Part shown: positions 11,485 through 23,703 of the stretch, in pieces | Layout: each line of letters starts with the position of its first letter | How positions within the stretch are numbered: the stretch's first letter is position 1 | Assembly (NCBI RefSeq): GCF_009834535.1 | Contig: NC_045704.1 | Coordinates: 16,616,001 to 16,680,000, forward strand | Length of the DNA: 64,000 nucleotides | DNA from: Camelus ferus | Lineage: Eukaryota | Direction: 5' to 3' | Program-made: the position numbers and the translations under genes | Notes under the pieces: model-generated | Seen by the model: the letters and a program-made list of their open reading frames with translations, nothing else | Database searches by the model: none | What the model was told of the DNA's origin: nothing

Positions 11485-11551
11485 ATGGGCCGCCCGCCGC
11501 TGCTGCTGCCGCTGCCGCTGCTGCTGCTGTCAATTCAGGCCAGCATTCCAG
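11485..11551 (+). CDS. PLAUR: PLAUR exon 1, signal peptide [22 protein letters not shown]
   Basis: ATG in context gacATGG, donor G|gtaggg. Confidence 0.95.
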
Positions 11552-14500
11552 GTAGGGGGTGGGGCCCGAATCCCAGGGGACAGGGTCCGATGGCCCGGAA
11601 GGGAGTGGGGAGGGGAGGGGAAGAGAGCTCAGAGTCTGATGAGTTGGAGAAGGGCGCAGTCTCCAGGCCCCCTTCCCTCCAACTCAAGTAATTCTCCTGC
11701 TGTCTGCAGCCCCACACGATACAGCACCTGGCACATAGCAGACATTCAGGAAGTAATAGATGAGTGAAGGCACTTAACAACCACGATTTAATGAGTGCGC
11801 TCTTTATTCTAGGCACTCTCCTAAGCGCCTTCCTTGCAATTTCGAACTTGGCAGGCGGAACAATTTAGCTCACAGAGAAGGAAAAGGAGGCACAGAGAGG
11901 TGAACTAAGTGACCCGAGGTCACTGAGTAAGTGGGATTCTGACTCCGCAGAGGCTCCCACATCGCTCCTCACTATGTCTGATTCCGCCCCACCACCCCTC
12001 ACCAACACACACACTGACACGCAGACACACTTGGAAGACAGAGCTCCTTATACAAAAGGGCTAACGAGAGTCAGGCTGAACGTGGCAGGGCCAGGCGCCG
12101 GGGACCCAAGCCTTGTCCTTCGAGGAGCCTTCCTTTTCACTGTCCTCTAGCCGACACGGCCCTCTCACTCCCTTTCTCTGGAAAATGTAAAAAGGTTTGA
12201 AAAACGAAAGGAAATAGAGAAGGAACTGTCAGGGCGGGGCGGGAGGTGGGGGAAGGGGCTGGGAGGTGGTTGGGTAATGAATAACTCGGAAAACTTTCCG
12301 GGCCGCGGGAGGCCAAGAACGAGTAATGACTCGGGAGGACTCTGAATTTGGAGTGGGGAAGGGACCACGGAGGAGCTCTGGTGCGCAGGAAAAGGCCTTG
12401 GGGCAGGGCTAGTGGGCGGGGCTATAGCACTGGGGCGGGGATAGTGGGCGGGGTCAGAATATTGGGGCGGAGCCAGTGGGCAGGGCTAATAGCTCGGGAA
12501 CAGCTAGTCGGCGGGGCGAACACTGCAGAGGAGGCCACTTTAGTTGGGGTTAGAATCTCCGCAGGGCTCATGGGCGGAGTTAGAAGTTTGGCGCGAACTA
12601 CTGGGTGGCGACAGAACGCTGAGGGGAGGCCACCAAGGGGAGTAGAACCTGTGGGCATTAGCGGGGGGCACCGGGAACGGGGGTAGAAGGTAAAGATCGA
12701 CTGGAGTAGGTGAGGATAGGACACCCCGAGGAGAGCTCACGAGGCGGAATAGACCGAGAGAGGGCAGGTGGGGTTGGGGAAAGGACCTAAATGGGAGCAG
12801 GGCTAAAACGTCCAGACCTGCAGAGATGGTGGGGATCGGCCTTTCGGGATAGGTCCTGCGCGCAGACAGGATCACGGGGAAAACGTGCAGGGGCAGGAAG
12901 TAGGAAGGACCTGTGGGCCGCGAAGGAACGGTAGGGTAGAAGGCGGAGATAGAACGTTGGTCTAAAGATAGCCTGTAATTACAGCCCGCGGGAACCCAGC
13001 CTAGGAACCGAAGGGCGGGCCGAAGTGGAGCGTGAACCTGAGTGCACAGGGCCTGGAGACCTGATGCTGGTATCGGGGCTCCAGGGGGCGAGAGGCGGAT
13101 CCTGGTGCGGAGCAATAACACCTGTCCTCTCCTCTCCTCTCTCTGCCTCAGCCTCCTGGGGACTGCAGTGCATGCTGTGTAAAAGCAACGGGAATTGCAG
13201 GGTGGAAGAGTGTTCCCCCGGCCAGGACCTCTGCAGGACCACAATCCTGCGCATACGGGAAGGTGAGCTCCCCGACTCCAGCGTGGCAGAGAATGCCGAG
13301 TGACCAAGAAATCTTACCTCACAAGAAATAAGGGAAATGCGCATGAAAATGACAAGGAGACCCGTTTCACGCACACCAAATCGACAAGCGCTTAAAAATC
13401 TGACAATACTGAGGTCAATGAGGATGTGGTGCTGCCAACCCTGCTATTAGGAGGGTAAATTGGTGCATCCACCAAACAGAGCGATGTGGCAATGTCTGGT
13501 ACAGATAAAGATTAGCATACCCTACAGCCAGCCGCTGGACTCCTAGGAATATAGAGACCTCAAGCACCTTGGCCACCCGTGACCAGAGACACATCTATAA
13601 GAATGTTTTTTAGCAATAATGTTTGTAATATGGAAAACTGGAGACACCCTGAAGTCAGGCGTTAGCAGAGGAGAAACATGACGGTATAATCACACATTTT
13701 ATACCCACAGCAGCTTAAATGAAGGAATTAGGGCTGCAGGTTAAACATAGATACTTCCCAAAAACATAAAGTTGAGAGAGAAAAAAGCATGTTGCAGAAT
13801 CTGATACCTTTTAATATAAATAGTATAGAGCAACAAAAAAAGTAAACAATATACAAATAAACAATAGTATACACTGTTAAGTATACATGGTATGAGAATT
13901 ACCTACACCTCCGGACAGGGCATAAAGGGAATGGGATTTGGGGAGGTAAGCAGGAGGCTTTAAGTATCTTTTAAATTTGGTATCTTGTTTTAAAAAAATC
14001 TGAAATAAATATAAGCAAAATGATAATATTTTATAAAGTTTGATGATGAATGCACAATATTTATAATATCATTCTTTAATACTTTTTGGTAAGCTTGAAG
14101 CATTTTCCTTTAAAGATTCCTATTTGAGGCATCTCCCTGTCAAGTTGACCAAGTTGGAAGGGAGGGGTTGATGGATCGAGAAGGTCCCAGGGATAGGGTT
14201 GTCACTAAGAGAAAGTAGGCTCCCAGTGTAGAGGGGTGGGGGAGAGGGTGGATAACTCTAGAAAAGACAGAGTTGGACTCAAGCTAGAGGAGAGGATTGG
14301 TAGGGGTCAGCCCTGGGAGTGGGTGACCTTATAACCAAGAGTGTCAGAGGCTGGTTGGGCCCAGAGGAGCCTCTGGAGTGACAAAGAGACTTCCCTCACA
14401 GGAGATGAGGAGCTGGAGGTGGTGGAGAGAGGCTGTGCCCACCCAGAGAAAACCAACAGGACCATGAGCTATCGGATAGACATGCAGATCATCACCCTTA

Positions 14501-17500
14501 CAGAGTTCATCTGTGGGTCAAACTTGTGTAACCGGCCCAAACCGAGTGAGTATGGCAGCCCTGGCCCTCCCCAACCCCAAACCATCTCCAACCCAGCCTC
14601 ACCATCATCCTGGTCCTGTCCCCAATCCTAGGCTACCCCAACCCCAACTCCATGCCTTACCCCACTGCCAACTCCAACTCAAACCTTTCCTTATCCCAAA
14701 CACATCTCCAGCCTGGCTCCATCCCCATCCTCGGCCCCAACTCAACCTCACTTTCAACCCCATCCCCAACTTCATTTTACTGTCAACATTCTCCAACTCA
14801 TACCTGTTCTCCTTCCAAACACATCTCTAACCCCATCCCCTAATCAACCCCACCTCATCTCAGACTGTCCCCAATCCCTCTACCAACTGCAGACTCACCT
14901 CCATCCCTAATCCTATCCCATCCCATATGTGTTTTACGTGTGTGTGTGGTTGTTATGCATAAGAGGCAACACCTGCCTTTAAGAAGCTACACACACACAC
15001 ATACACACACTCAAAAGGTAAGTGAGGTATCTCACTGATGTTTTGCCATCTAATTTTTTTCATGGGACAGGAGATGGTTCAGGCAGTAGGTGCTTAGTTT
15101 CTTGATCCCTTAAGAAGGGACCAAGATACAAAGACCAGAGAGATACCAGAGACTGAAAGTCCTTAAGGGAAGTAAAAAAAGGAGGGAATCAGACAGGGTG
15201 CTGTGGGCTTGGGAAGTCCCCGGGAATACACGATCCTTGTGTTGGGTGGTGAAAAATGATGTCAAGAAAGTTCACAAAACCTTTGATTGTTTCATGGATT
15301 TAGGCTCTGGTCAGTTTAAGAAAAAGACTACAAAAGGCTCAAATTTCCCCAAATTCTCACAAGAGAGGAAGGGTGGGGAAAGAATGGACCCTTGTTGCCT
15401 GGTCAGGCTGAGATTCCTCTTTCTGGCCCTAGTGAGGAAGGAAATAGGTGAGAAAGCCAGTCTCGTCACAATGACATCAGTAAGCAGAGTGACTTCATCT
15501 ATGCTGGGTTTTTGTTTGTTCCTCATCCCTCCTGACTCTGTTTGATTTTCATTCATCCTAACCTCAAACTTTCATCTGTTGGTGGGGACTGATTCAGACG
15601 TTTGTTTTCAAGGAAGTGACAAGACAGAGGATGCCAGCTTCCTCTCCCTGTTAGATGTGCTGAAGGAAAGCACTAACATTGAGTCTAAGTAATACTTGTA
15701 ACCAGAGATCATAGTCCAAATATTTAACAGTCCTGGGCATTGCAGAAGGCGTTGACCAAGCATAACAGGCTCCCCTGGAGCCTCCTGCTGGGTCTGGTGT
15801 GGGTCTCAGGGACATGTGGGTTTTAAAGAGAGTTGGGTGTGGTCAAGGATCCACCAAGGAGCTTGGGCAGCAGCTGTTAATTCAGTAATTTAACAACTGA
15901 TAAACCTAGATCAGCCCCATTTCTAATGCCATCGTACCCTGCTTGTGGTGACTAGAAGGTTGGTTAAACCGCATCCTGCCCTTATGTGATACTGGGGACA
16001 CAGCAAGACCAAGGCAGCCTTGGGCCCCATGGTCCACTGTGTTTTTGGGTATGTGTGTGGGGGGAGGGTGGTGGTAACAGACTCATCACCAGACAGTGAC
16101 TGCCCAGATGATTCAGAGCTGGGATAGGGGAGCACAGGCAAAGGGGTCAGGACCATGATCAGGGAAACAGACCAGAGAGGTCAGAGATGTAACAGGGAAG
16201 CACAGTTCAGGGCTGAGATAAGGGAAACAGAGGCCCGAGTGATCAGGGCTGAGATGAGTGAAGAGTAAGGGCTGTGGACCCTAGGGGAGATACTTGATTC
16301 AGGTCAGGGAAGGTTTCCTACAGGAAGCATCAGCTAACCTAGATCTTGAGGGATGAGTAGGAGGCAGACTGATCAAAAGACAAGGGAAAGGATTTTTCAG
16401 ACGGAGGGAGCAACAGATACAGAGGCCCAGAGGTGGGTGAAAGTAGCATGGCTGGAGGAAGGGAAGGATGGGACAAGAGGAACTGATGAAATTGGTGAGG
16501 TCACATTACATAGGACCTTCTAGGCTGTGGTGGGAAATAGAGATTTCATCTGGGGAACAGTAGGAGGTCATGAAAGGGTTTAAATAGAGTGTGCCAAGAT
16601 CCGGTTTGTATTTTTGAGCAAATTATTCTGACCTCTGACTGGAAGATAGATTGCAGGGAAGCAATGATGGAAAGCGGGTAAATGAGAGAGGACCAACTTG
16701 GAGGTAGGTGAGATTGTCCAGATAAAGAAAGAAGTGTCCGCTGTGCCCATGGAGAGAAGTGCACGGATTTAAGGGCTATTTAGCAGGTAGATAAGCAGGA
16801 CTTTGCGATGGATTAGACGTAAGGAGTGGTTTGCAGTTCTGGTCATGTGGAGTCACTTGTATCGGATCAACCCCCTTGCCAATAACAGCTATAAACCCTG
16901 GACAAACTATAAGCAATTTTTTTTTTTGGTTGGGGAAGTAATTAGTTTGTTTTTTTTTAACGGAGGTACTGGGGATTGAACCCAGGAACTCATGCCTGCT
17001 AAGCACACACTCTACCACTGAGCTATACCCTCCCCTGCCTCCCCATAAACAATTATTGAAGTAACTCAAGAGCAGCAAATGAAGAAAGGAAGTGGCGGTG
17101 CTCCAATCTTTGAAATAAGGGAAGCACAGAAGTTGCATTCCACAGACAAGCTGGCTTTTTCCTTGAGTGCACTTTCCAACTCGCTGCTGTGGAAGGGAAA
17201 TAGAACACAAATAGAAAACGATCGTTGCTAGACTGAGAAGGCAGAGGTTGGAGTCTGGGGCTGCCAGAGTGTCTGGAAAAATGAGAAGTAAAATCCTAGA
17301 ATGCATGGCACCACAGGAAAGGGAGTCCCCAAATCTGCAAATTTCCTTCAGTGCATTGGCAAGCTGTACATGCATAGGGTGAGACTCCAAGAAACTCTAC
17401 AGAAAATAGTCTCTGGGAAGCTACAGAACTGAGCAGAGACTCCAGCAGGCATATGATGCTGGGGGAACGAAGTTGCCAAGTTGGAAAGAGAGGTCTCGGG

Positions 17501-20500
17501 CTTTCCTCTGAGACCACGTGCTAGGAGTTAGGGCAAAACTGAAATAGACCAGACCCCAAAATGCCTACATCTAATCTTTGACAGGAATAAAACTGAATCC
17601 TCTTTGGAAGAAGATAACATCATTTAGAGCCGTGACAAATTGTCATCTATGTCTGGCATCTAATCAAAACATACAAGATATCCTGAAGAAAATAGAAAGA
17701 ACCAGCTGACCAGAAACCAAGAGAAAAATCCCACAGTAAAAACAGACATATCATGAATCAGATATTGGAGTTACTAAACAGGGAACTTTAAAATAGCGAT
17801 GATCAACATAATCAAGAAAACAGAGGAAAGGATAATTTTTAGTGGATATCTGGAATCCATTTTTAAGATGAGTCAAACAGGAAACAGAGAACAGTGGCTA
17901 AAATTAAGAACTCAATAGATGGGCTTCGTGAAGATCAGAAACAGCCAAGCAAAAGGATTACAGAACTTGAAGACAGGGAAGTGGGAGTATCCAGACTGAT
18001 GCCTAGATATGGAGGATCAAGGAGTCTGCCAGGTTTCTACCCTGGGGGACTGGATGAGACCATCTCAGAGGTGTGGAATTCAGGAGAAGGAGCGATTTGG
18101 AGAAGATGGAGAGTCCCGTTTGGGGCATATAGAGATTCAGGTGTTTGACGGACGGCCAGGAGACCTCCAGGAGGCACTTGGGGGTACAGGTGTGGGGATG
18201 TGAAGGCCGCCATTTTGGCAATAATGGTAATTCATGCTTCCATTTTCATGGGAGTTCACGTGAGAGGACATGGGTTGTTGGCCTTTCAGTTTTATTCTTT
18301 TGGGGATGGTTGGTGAGAAAGATTTGGCTTTGGCTATAAATGATTCACCGGATTACAGCTGCTGGCCTGCCAGTTGAGAGCCTTGGCGGAGACAGCCCTC
18401 TAATTTCTCTAAGACTTGGCCCAAACTCAACTTGGACATCTGGGGTCAGGAAGGGGAGGGCATGCCAGGCTTTAGAGCAGTGTGAGCCAAGACCTGGGCA
18501 GAGGAATGACTGGTGTTTCCAGGGAAAATTAACTCTTAATCCACTTGGCCTGGATTGGGAGGTCTGTGTGAGAGGCCAAGTTATCACAGCTCCATCACAT
18601 GAAGCTTTGACCTCTGACACAATTGGGTAGTGTTTTAATTATCTATTGCCACAAAACTTAAAAAAATAAGCATTATTATTTCACAAAGTTTTTGAAGGTC
18701 AAGAATCTGGGAGTGGTTTAGCTAGGCAGTTCTGGATCTTTCATGAGGTTGTAGTCAGGGTTTGACAGTGGGCTGCAGTCATCTGAAGGTGCCCAAGGTA
18801 GTGTCTCTCACGTGGATGATCTGCACCCATGGCTTTGGCCAAGGCCTCTGTTCTTCACCACATAGACCTCACGGTGGGGCTGCTTAAGTGTCCTTACAAC
18901 ATGGCAGCAGCTGTTCTCCCCCAGAGCAAGTGATTGAAGAGCAAGTGATTGAAGAGAGAGCCATGCAGATGTGGTGATGTCTTACATGATCTAGTGCAGA
19001 AGTCACACATGTCATATCCACAATATCCTATTAGTTCCACAGGTCTGGTCAGCTCTATTCTTTTCTTGTTTTTAATTTATTAAGCAGCTGTTTTATTTTA
19101 TTTTGGGGGTTTTGGGGGGAATAATTAGTTTTTTTTTAATTAATTTATTTTTTAATGGAGGTACTGGGGATTGAACCCAGGACCTTGCGCATGCTAAGCA
19201 CGCACTCTACCACTGAGCTATACCCTCCCCTGAGCTCTATTCTTTATTGGAAGGGACTACACAAGGGCACAGGTATAAGGAAGCAGGGATCATTGGGGGT
19301 CATCTTGGAGGTTGGCTATCCCAGGGAACAACATAAGGGTTTTAAGGAATTGTTCATTCATTCATTCATTCATTCATTTAACAAATATTTATTGAAGATC
19401 ATGGCCCTGGCCCCTGTGCTGGGTCATGTTGGGACATAGTAGTGACCAAGACAGCCCTGGCCCTACCCTCCTGGGATGGACTCCAATAAGGGAAACAGAC
19501 TTGGCACCAGACAGGGATGACCCAGAATGGGCAGGGCTGGAAATGGGGAGCCCAGTAGGGCACCTGATCCAGCCTGGGAGGTCGAGGAGGGCTTCTTGGA
19601 GGAGGTGAAATTGGAGAAGATGACCCCTGAAGAATGAGTAGGAGATAGGGAAAGTGTTCTAGGCAAAGGCAACAGCAGATGCAAAGGCTGGATGACACGC
19701 AGCAGATACACTCGGGGACTGAGGGAAGTCAGTGTGGAGCAGAGTCTGAGGGGGTAGTGGAGGTAGATGAGGCAGGAAAGGTGGCCAGGACCCAGCCTTT
19801 GATGGGCCTTGAATGCTACACTGAGTTTCTTGGATTTAATTCTGAGAGCACTGGGGACCCATGGAGGGGTTTTGAGCAGAGGAGAAGCAGGGTTGGATTT
19901 GAGTATTAGAAGCATCCTTCTTGGGCCATGTGGGATGCTCTGGGGTGAGAAGGGCAAGAATGGAAACCAGGAGGCCAGAGAGGAAGCTGGTTTTGAAGGA
20001 GGTCTGACCTGATCATGAAGCTGGAAAGGAGGGGATGGATTCTAGAAAGTTTCAGGAGTTGGAGTGGGCGGAACTTGATGACTGGCTGAAGGGTGGGATA
20101 AGGAGGAACTGATGCTGAGGGAGCTGGGTCTCTAGGGCTCTTCCCAGAGTCTTACCCTCCTGCTCCTCCCCAAACAGGTCGGCCTCCTCTCTTTCCTCGA
20201 AGGCGTTACCTCGAATGTTCTTCCTGTGCCTCATCAGACCTGAGCTGTGAGAGGGGCTGGGACCAGAGCCTGCAGTGCCACAACCCTGGAGAACAGTGCC
20301 TGGAGGTGGTAACTCACCGGAGCCTAGAAGGTGGGTCCCAACTTGCCAATCCACGCCTCCCTGCTTTGCTCCTCCCCAAGGCTGCACTAAACAACCCCAA
20401 AATAACAGGGATTTAAGCAAGGCACAAAGTTAGTACTCACACAAAAGATCCAGTGATAGGAAGTCCAGGGCCACTAGGACCGTTCCACAGTCACCAGGAA

Positions 20501-23407
20501 TCCAGGTGCCTTCTCATTTCTTACATATTGCTTCCATTCTCAAGATTGCCTCATAGTCCAACATGGCTGCTGGAACTCGAGGTCTCAAGATCAAGTTCCA
20601 GGAAAGAGGAAGGGGAAAAGAAGGGGCAAAAAAGGGGCATACCTCCTTTTGTAACAATTCTCCTTTCTGGAAGTCCCATAAAACTTTTCTACTGTAGATC
20701 ACACTGACCAGAATTTAGCCACATGGAGGCTGGAAATTGCATCTTTTGGCTGGAATATATGGCTGCCCCAAAGAAAATGAGGGTCTTACAATGAAGGATG
20801 AAGCAGAGGACAGACAGTCAACTGCTGCAGTGGGCAAATCCAGTCTCAGCCCACATTAGCAATCTGACCTCCTCCTCTGCCCCCTACAGAGAGTCCAAGG
20901 GATGAGCGCCACACCCGAGGCTGTGGCAACCTTCCAGGATGCCCAGGCCCAACCGGCTTCCACAATAACCATACCTTCCACTTCCTGCGGTGCTGCAACA
21001 CCACAAAATGCAATGGGGGCCCAGGTAAGAGTCAGGGGATCCCCGGGATCGGGGCAAGGAGGTATGCTCAGGCTGACTGCTGCTCGCTGGCAGGCAAACC
21101 CTCCTCTCTGTTTCCTTCTCTGAAAAATGGACCTATCAAGCCCTCCCTCAAAGAAGGATTCTGTGAGAAATTCAATGAAACTAGCAAATCTTCATGAATA
21201 CCCATGCTTTATGCCCCTACATCCTCTTCAGTCCTTCCACGGCTCACCACCTGGTCCAAGCCACCATGGCCTCCCACCTAGATTGCTGCAATGACCTCCC
21301 ACCTAGATTGCTGCAATGACCTCCTTGCTGGTCTTCCTGCTGCCTCTCCTGCAATGTTCAACACAGCTGCAAGAGTGGTTTTTTTTTTTTTTTTTAATGT
21401 AAATCAGATCATGTCACTCTCCTTCCGCAAACACTTCAATGACTTCCCCTTGCTTTTAGAATGAAACCCAAAGGCTCTCCTAGATCCTATGTCTGCCTCA
21501 TGGTCTTCATTTCATTTCTACAACTGCCAAATTCCATCCTGCCTCATGGCCTTTGCACATGCAGTACCCTGACACACAATCTTCCCCAGGAGTTCACCTG
21601 ACTGGCTCCTTCTCATTTGTTGAGTCTCAGCTATAAAGCGTCATCCTCAGGGAAAACTTCCCTATCTCTGCCCTCCAGTATCATCTATATCATTTGTGTT
21701 ACTCTGTCTCTATAAACTAGTACTGTCCAACAGAACTTTCCACGGTGATGGAAAGGTTCTATATCTGTACTGTCCAATATGGCAGCCCTGGCCACCTATG
21801 ACTACTGATTTCAATTTAAATGTAAACAACCACTTGGGGCTGGTGGCTATCATATTGGACAGTGTAGCTCTAAATTGTAAGTCCTCTGAGGGCAGGGACT
21901 GTTTTGTCTTACCCAGTACCTGGATAGATACGGGTGAGTGGGGAGCTGGGAGTTGGGATTTCTCTCACAGGCCCTAGAGAACCCTCCAAAGAGGGTGCTG
22001 TTCAAATGCCTGACCACAAGGGGGCTGCACGACATCGCGCGCGTGCTGGGGAGGTAACGCTGTGAACGCTCTGTGCTAATTTCCGTGGTTTCTGGGTCAC
22101 TTGTCTTCTCCCAAGTCCTGGAGCTTCAAAACCTGCCACTGAATGGTTTCCAGTGTTACAGCTGTGAGGGGAATAGCACCCATGGATGTTCCTCCGAAGA
22201 GACTTCCCTCACTGAATGCCGAGGTCCCATGAATCAATGTCTGGAAGCCACAGGCACTAATGGTGAGGCCCTTTAAGAGGCTGGGAGAGGATGCTTCGTG
22301 GAGGGGCGGGGGTTCTGCAAGAGGTTAACTTCCCGTTAAGCTGGACTTAATTGACGTGGACCTTCCTGTTGGAAAAGGTAGGACTTCTTTCAGGAGGGTG
22401 CAAAGAGTAGTAAGGAATTAGGACTTGTTCATTGGAAAATGGTCATTTCGGCCACAGAGATGTGGACTTCTTGGGGGTGGGGCTTCCCGTAGGTGGGCGG
22501 GCCTTCCTGCGGACTTGGTGGGATTCCATCCCACGAAATACTGGGCGGGTTCTAATATTCCAGGGGTTCTCAAGCTTTTGGGTCTCAAAACGCCTTCGTG
22601 CTCTTAAAAATTATTGTTTGTGTCAGTTATACCGATACATATTTACTGTATTCAAAATTAAAACTGAGAGATTTTGAAAGATGTATTTATTCATTTTAAA
22701 GAACAATTGAAAACTCATTGCGTGAGAGCGTAACATATTTTTATGGGGGTTGGGGGAAGACATTTTCCAAAATAAAAAAAACTGAACGAGAAGACTGGCA
22801 TTGTTCTGCCATGTTGCAATCTCTTTAACATCTGGCTTAATAGAAGACAGCTGGATTCTTCTGTCTGCTTCTCATGTCTTGTCTGTTGCAAGATCGCATG
22901 TCTTGAGGTTTCTGGGAAACCCTATTGTATACTTGTGAGAGCAAAAAAAGTCATATGACGTTTTAGCATTATTATGAGAATACTTTTGACTTCGCAGATC
23001 CCCTGGAAGGGTCAGAGGGAACCCCAGGGGGTCCCGGGACCATACTTAGAACTGTTGCTTTCTCTGGGCAGCATTCACAAGGTGGCACGTCGCCCAGGGA
23101 TTCCAGGCCAGGCCCGAGAGCTGGGAGCCTCACACGATCTTCTCTCTCCTCAGGGCTGGGGAACCCAAGCTACACCATAAGAGGTTGTGCAGCCCCCTCC
23201 TGGTGCCAAGACCTCCAGGTGGCTGAAGCCTTCGGCCTCACCCATGTCAACGTCTCATGCTGTACCGGAAATGGCTGTAACAATCCAGCCCTGGACATCC
23301 AGCCCCGCATTGGGGGCGCCCACCAGTCTGGCCCTGCTCACCTCAACCTCATTGTCATCCTGCTTGTGACAGCCCGACTCTGGGGAGGCGTTCTCCTCTG
23401 GACCTGA
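11485..23407 (+). CDS. PLAUR: Urokinase plasminogen activator surface receptor (uPAR/CD87), 7 exons, 1011 bp, 336 aa
   Basis: Exons of 67+111+144+153+135+147+254 bp, all GT-AG and phase 1; three LU domains and a GPI signal. Confidence 0.98.
13152..13262 (+). CDS. PLAUR: PLAUR exon 2
   Basis: [36 protein letters not shown]. Confidence 0.97.
13340..14110 (+). mobile_element. Old L1 (L1ME-like) fragments in PLAUR intron 2
   Basis: aaaatctgacaatac...gaggatgtgg...ggtaaattggtgca L1 3'-region motifs. Confidence 0.55.
14402..14545 (+). CDS. PLAUR: PLAUR exon 3
   Basis: [24 protein letters not shown]...[11 protein letters not shown]. Confidence 0.97.
16916..17035 (-). mobile_element. tRNA-Ala-derived camelid SINE
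   Basis: ggaggtactggggattgaacccagga...actgagctataccctcccc. Confidence 0.85.
19064..19232 (-). mobile_element. Young tRNA-Ala SINE with perfect 13-bp target-site duplication
   Basis: TSD agctctattcttt at 19051-19063 and 19233-19245; intact A/B boxes. Confidence 0.9.
20178..20330 (+). CDS. PLAUR: PLAUR exon 4 (not in the ORF track)
   Basis: [50 protein letters not shown]. Confidence 0.96.
20890..21024 (+). CDS. PLAUR: PLAUR exon 5
   Basis: [44 protein letters not shown]. Confidence 0.97.
21718..21867. mobile_element. MER3-like hAT MITE, internally deleted
   Basis: ctgtccaacagaactttc...atattggacagtg terminal inverted repeats. Confidence 0.7.
22116..22262 (+). CDS. PLAUR: PLAUR exon 6
   Basis: [48 protein letters not shown]. 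Confidence 0.97.
22561..23057. mobile_element. hAT-Charlie DNA transposon fragment in PLAUR intron 6
   Basis: caggggttctcaagctttt start, ggtcccgggaccatacttagaac end. Confidence 0.6.
23154..23407 (+). CDS. PLAUR: PLAUR exon 7 with GPI signal
   Basis: ...[23 protein letters not shown]...[12 protein letters not shown]. Confidence 0.97.
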
Positions 23408-23629
23408 ACCTGAACCCCACATTCCTCCTGCCCTGGCTGGATCCAGGGGTCCCCTTTGCTCTTCCCTCAGCTCCCAGCCAAGCAGACTTGCTGTGTGACC
23501 TCAGGCCAGTATGCTGCCCTCTCTGGGCCTTAGTTTTCCCAGCTGTCAAAACCCCTATCTCATAGAGCTGTGAGAACCAGAGGAGAAAAGCTAGAGAAGG
23601 CTGTGGGCCAGCAGGTGAGAGCTCTTATG

Positions 23630-23703
23630 ATGATTAATATTGTTGCCTCTATCGTTATTATTAATTAATATTTGTTTTATTTAATGTTTTATACTTAAAT
23701 AAA
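23630..23703 (+). terminator. PLAUR: PLAUR 3'UTR AU-rich element and poly(A) signal
   Basis: TTATTTAAT around 23679 and AATAAA 23698-23703. Confidence 0.85.
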
